Under the pieces are notes generated by a model. The model was not told the DNA's origin and ran no database searches. It worked only from the letters and a program-made list of their open reading frames with translations. From Vitrella brassicaformis CCMP3155 (lineage: Eukaryota; Protista; Chromerida): a stretch of 7,358 bases of DNA. The stretch covers positions 1 to 7,358 of the forward strand of contig CDMY01000983.1 in assembly GCA_001179505.1 (NCBI GenBank). Direction: 5' to 3'. The position numbers and the translations under genes are program-made. Shown in pieces: positions 6,883 through 7,358 of the stretch (the first letter of the stretch is position 1; each line of letters starts with the position of its first letter).

Positions 6883-7358
6883 CTACACGGCCAGTAGGTA
6901 GGTCACGCCGTGTGTCCCGTAGCCGAAGATCGTCCGGAGCGTCTCGAGCCCCACGACGTCATCCCTGCAGATGAATCGGGTGGTCCTCGAGTACTTCTTG
7001 CCAGCTTTCTGGCCATCTGGAGCGGCGTGTCGCTCGCTGGTGCGGATCATGATGTTGGCGGTCTCGGCATCACCGGTGCCGCTCTTCTGCACTATCATCA
7101 CGACGCCGAAGGGGTCACCTGCCGCGACGCCGCTGAGGAATCAGATTGTCGTGCTGATGCCGATGGTGCCGTGGGTGTTGGTGATGTGCACGTCCTTGGC
7201 CACCCGCTGGAACGTCGATGGTGTCTCGAGGAGGTGGGTCATGTGCGCCCAGGCTGCGGGGTTCTGCGTATGGCGGCGGCCATGTGTCCGCCGGGAGATG
7301 CTGACCTCGAGCACCAGCTTCCACTGGTTCTGGTGGAACTCGAAGCCGAGCCGCTCCT
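6883..7358 (-). pseudogene. Gene 3: 3' end of a protein-coding gene (5' part outside window) with an internal in-frame TGA
   Basis: One frame from 7356 reads ERLGFEFHQNQWKLVLEVSI...AWAHMTHLLETPSTFQRVAKDVHITNTHGTIGISTTI*FLSGVAAGDPFGVVMIVQKSGTGDAETANIMIRTSERHAAPDG...RTIFGYGTHGVTYLLAV*. Codons are C/G-ending on both sides of the TGA at 7143-7141, and the terminal TAG is at 6885-6883. Confidence 0.65.

Overview
This is GC-rich eukaryotic genomic DNA with short GT-AG introns full of CA/TG and TCTG/TTTG microsatellites. The style and the protein families resemble the chromerid Vitrella brassicaformis (inference, not verified). The ORF track misses the real structure because the genes are spliced. 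I model three genes by eye. Gene 1 (- strand, ATG ~1132, runs off the left edge) encodes an N-terminal beta-rich module followed by a clear F-box. Gene 2 (+ strand, ~1591-5425, about 1,080 codons, 7 coding exons) encodes the same N-terminal module, a degenerate F-box, a long FG/NPF-rich low-complexity insert with an internal 114-bp duplication, and an LRR-like body. It has no ATG, a 1-nt frameshift and an in-frame TAG, so it is probably a pseudogene. Gene 3 (- strand, 3' end only, 7358 to 6883) has an in-frame TGA. The main observation is that genes 1 and 2 sit head-to-head around a <=280-bp spacer and share a homologous, unnamed ~60-aa N-terminal module and mirrored intron architecture, while their sequences after the F-box are not visibly related.
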